64,000 bases of DNA, from assembly GCA_051294905.1 (NCBI GenBank), contig CM119378.1, positions 10,230,001 to 10,294,000 on the forward strand, in the 5' to 3' direction. Below, piece after piece: positions 61,919-64,000 of this stretch (position 1 is the stretch's first letter; each line of letters opens with the position of its first letter). The notes beneath the pieces were generated by a model, which saw only the letters and a program-made list of their open reading frames with translations, made no database searches and was not told where the DNA came from. The translations under genes were made by a program, and so were the position numbers. Source of the DNA: Botryllus schlosseri (Eukaryota).

Positions 61919-62536
61919 ATGGATCGAATACGTACATTGCATGCTCCGTTTCGGATGATCGTAGCTGGTCCGAGCAGTAGCGGGAAGAGTTATTTTACTT
62001 ATGAGTTGGTGAAGAACGCAGAGAAGATGATTAGACCGGCTCCTGAAAAAATAGTATGGCTGTATAATAATTATCAGGCGTTGTACGATAAAATGAAAGG
62101 GGTAGAATTTTCGCAAGGGCTCTCCGAGCTCAAAAAGTTACAGAAAGGAAATAGGCACGTTCTCTTGGTGATCGACGACATGATGACGGAAGCGAAAGAG
62201 GCCAGAGATCTATTCACTCGATACAGCCACCACGCAAAGATTAGTGTCGTGTTCATATGTCAAAATTTGTTCTATAGGGGTCAAGGCTTTCGGGATATGA
62301 CCTTGAGCGCGAGCTATACCGTGATATTTAAAAATCCCCGTGATGCGAGTCAAATCAGTTTTCTTTCACGTCAAATGTTCCCGGATAAAGCCGGATTCCT
62401 TACGGAGGCTTATAAAAAGGCAACTCGAAAACCGTTCTCGTACATATTGGTTGACGTGACGCAAGAGACAGACGAAAATTATCGTCTTCGCAGCAAAATA
62501 TTCCCACATCAAAAGTTGACGGTATATCAACAATAA
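61919..62536 (+). CDS. A32/FtsK-like packaging ATPase
   Basis: Walker A GPSSSGKS, Walker B LLVIDD, and LFTRYSHHAKISVVFICQNLF. Confidence 0.93.
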   Translation: MDRIRTLHAPFRMIVAGPSSSGKSYFTYELVKNAEKMIRPAPEKIVWLYNNYQALYDKMKGVEFSQGLSELKKLQKGNRHVLLVIDDMMTEAKEARDLFTRYSHHAKISVVFICQNLFYRGQGFRDMTLSASYTVIFKNPRDASQISFLSRQMFPDKAGFLTEAYKKATRKPFSYILVDVTQETDENYRLRSKIFPHQKLTVYQQ

Positions 62537-62571
62537 ATACAGCTCGCGCTGCAGATTTTAGGGCATTCAAC

Positions 62572-62979
62572 ATGTCGAAGAGGGGAAGTAACATATCTCG
62601 AAAACGATTGAGCGACTATCACGTTAAATTAAAACTTTTGAAAAACGCTAAAGGGAAACAGCGAAAAGAACTTTTATCGAACAATCAATTTTTAAGTTGC
62701 GTTTGCCAGTGCGTTCATAACTTGGCTTCAGGGACAGTACGTATCTCCCCGTCTAGAAAGTTGAGGCTTGGAAAACACAAATCCGATATCAGACAATTGC
62801 TGGCGCAAAAAACTCGCAGAGGTCAACGGAGGGTGCTACAAAAGGGTGGATTCCTCTCAGGTATAAAGATTATGATAAAATAGCAACTTTTTTCTAACTA
62901 GTCTGTTTTAGCTATATTAGGCGCTGCAATCCCCGTCATCGGGAGTCTGTTGGGTAAACTTTTCGGAAAGAATGCGTGA
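62572..62979 (+). CDS. Small basic Polinton core-like protein with a predicted 51-nt intron (62861-62911)
   Basis: K/R-rich, with a QKGG|F protease-site motif. Splicing yields the C-terminus FLSAILGAAIPVIGSLLGKLFGKNA*. Confidence 0.7.
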
Positions 62980-63310
62980 ACTACAATTCCCCGCATTTCG
63001 AAGCAAGGACGAATGGGAAAAGAAATTTGATAAACATATATCGAAAATTAAAAGCTCTCCATTGAATGCTTCCGAGAAACTTGCTCTGTATAGGCATGGT
63101 ATTGCTCAACTGAAAAACTTGAGAAAAGACGTAGACGCAGCGACCGCCCGCCCTCCCGCCGCACACACGGGGCTCGCGAGCCCCGTAGCGAAAGAAAAGC
63201 GCCCGCAAAAGAAACGCCCGCGCCGGATTCCACAACCTTCGTTTCCCTGGCTTTATAAGAGACAGCGTAAGCCTAATCACCGTATATACGGGAAAGAATG
63301 GGAGACGTAG
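62972..63310 (+). CDS. Hypothetical Polinton protein (112 aa)
   Basis: Open frame overlapping both neighbouring genes. Confidence 0.55.
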   Translation: MRELQFPAFRSKDEWEKKFDKHISKIKSSPLNASEKLALYRHGIAQLKNLRKDVDAATARPPAAHTGLASPVAKEKRPQKKRPRRIPQPSFPWLYKRQRKPNHRIYGKEWET

Positions 63311-64000
63311 ACTATTTTGATCCGAAACAGCCCAAATCGTATAGGGGCGCTTATTTGCAAAAGGAAAAAGAATGGCTTAAAGGACAAGATACTTATACTT
63401 TTCATTTTCCGTTACGTAAGAAATTTAGGCGTGAACGTGTAGTGGTCTCCGGTATCAATGCTCAGTTTCAGAGCGATTTGATGGATCTGCAATCTATTTC
63501 AAAGTACAATAGCGGTTTTCGTTTTGTGGTGGTGATTGATATTTTTAGCAAATACCTTTGGATGATAGCGATTAAAAATAAAACTGCTTCAAGTATGATT
63601 TCTGCTTTCAAACGTGTGTTTCGTGAACGCGTACCGTTAGTGTTACAAACCGATCAAGGTAGCGAATATACCAATCGCGCTTTCCAGAATTATCTAAAGG
63701 AGAACAAAGTTAGATATTTCTATACGAGGAGCGAATTAAAATCCTTTGTCGTTGAAAGGGTGATTCGTACTATGAAGGCGATTATGTATCGATTTTTCAC
63801 AAAAAATAACACGAGGAATTACGTGAACGCTCTCGATGACTTTACTTACTGCTACAACAGGACGTACCATCGTAGCATTGCCATGGCCCCAAACCAAGTG
63901 AATTCGTCTAATCAGGAATCGGTTTGGAGAAGACTTTACGGGTTTCAAGAAGCTAAACAACCCGACCTCGCTGTAGGAGTACCCGTCCGTATATCGAAAA
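63298..64000 (+). CDS. Polinton retroviral-like (rve) integrase, runs off the window (not in the ORF track)
   Basis: MGDVDYFDPKQP...FQSDLMDL...IDIFSKY...LQTDQGSEY...VERVIRTMK...YNRTYHRSI; D-D-E intact. Confidence 0.93.
   Translation, partial: MGDVDYFDPKQPKSYRGAYLQKEKEWLKGQDTYTFHFPLRKKFRRERVVVSGINAQFQSDLMDLQSISKYNSGFRFVVVIDIFSKYLWMIAIKNKTASSMISAFKRVFRERVPLVLQTDQGSEYTNRAFQNYLKENKVRYFYTRSELKSFVVERVIRTMKAIMYRFFTKNNTRNYVNALDDFTYCYNRTYHRSIAMAPNQVNSSNQESVWRRLYGFQEAKQPDLAVGVPVRISK

Larger units (their letters stand above)
55537..64000 (+). mobile_element. Polinton/Maverick (adintovirus-like), left part, truncated by the window end
   Basis: AGTAGTAG terminus at the break of the 42383-42804 repeat. 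Carries pPolB, packaging ATPase and integrase. Confidence 0.92.

Overview
Animal (probably invertebrate) nuclear DNA, mostly transposable elements and endogenous viruses, with one recognisable host exon (a 90-bp myosin V tail exon, 38621-38710). Positions 3445-37672 form a nest of insertions defined by target-site duplications (TSDs). A decayed hAT element contains a young minus-strand LTR element (552-bp LTRs, tRNA-Trp primer). That element contains a ~28-kb block with a Merlin/IS1595-type DDE transposase, two paralogous envelope-like glycoprotein genes, ~8.5 kb of non-coding DNA, a single LTR-like segment, a PBS, a small membrane ORF, gag and pol (PR-RT-RNaseH). The pol has no integrase. A second, deleted relative of the gag-pol element lies on the minus strand at ~44.2-48.8 kb and also ends at the end of pol. 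The left ~8.5 kb of a Polinton/Maverick occupies 55537-64000. The best candidate for a new system is an integrase-less, enveloped Ty3/Gypsy-like retroelement with permuted gene order that may use a Merlin transposase. The physical unity of its parts is inferred, not proven. All calls are by eye; no database searches were run.
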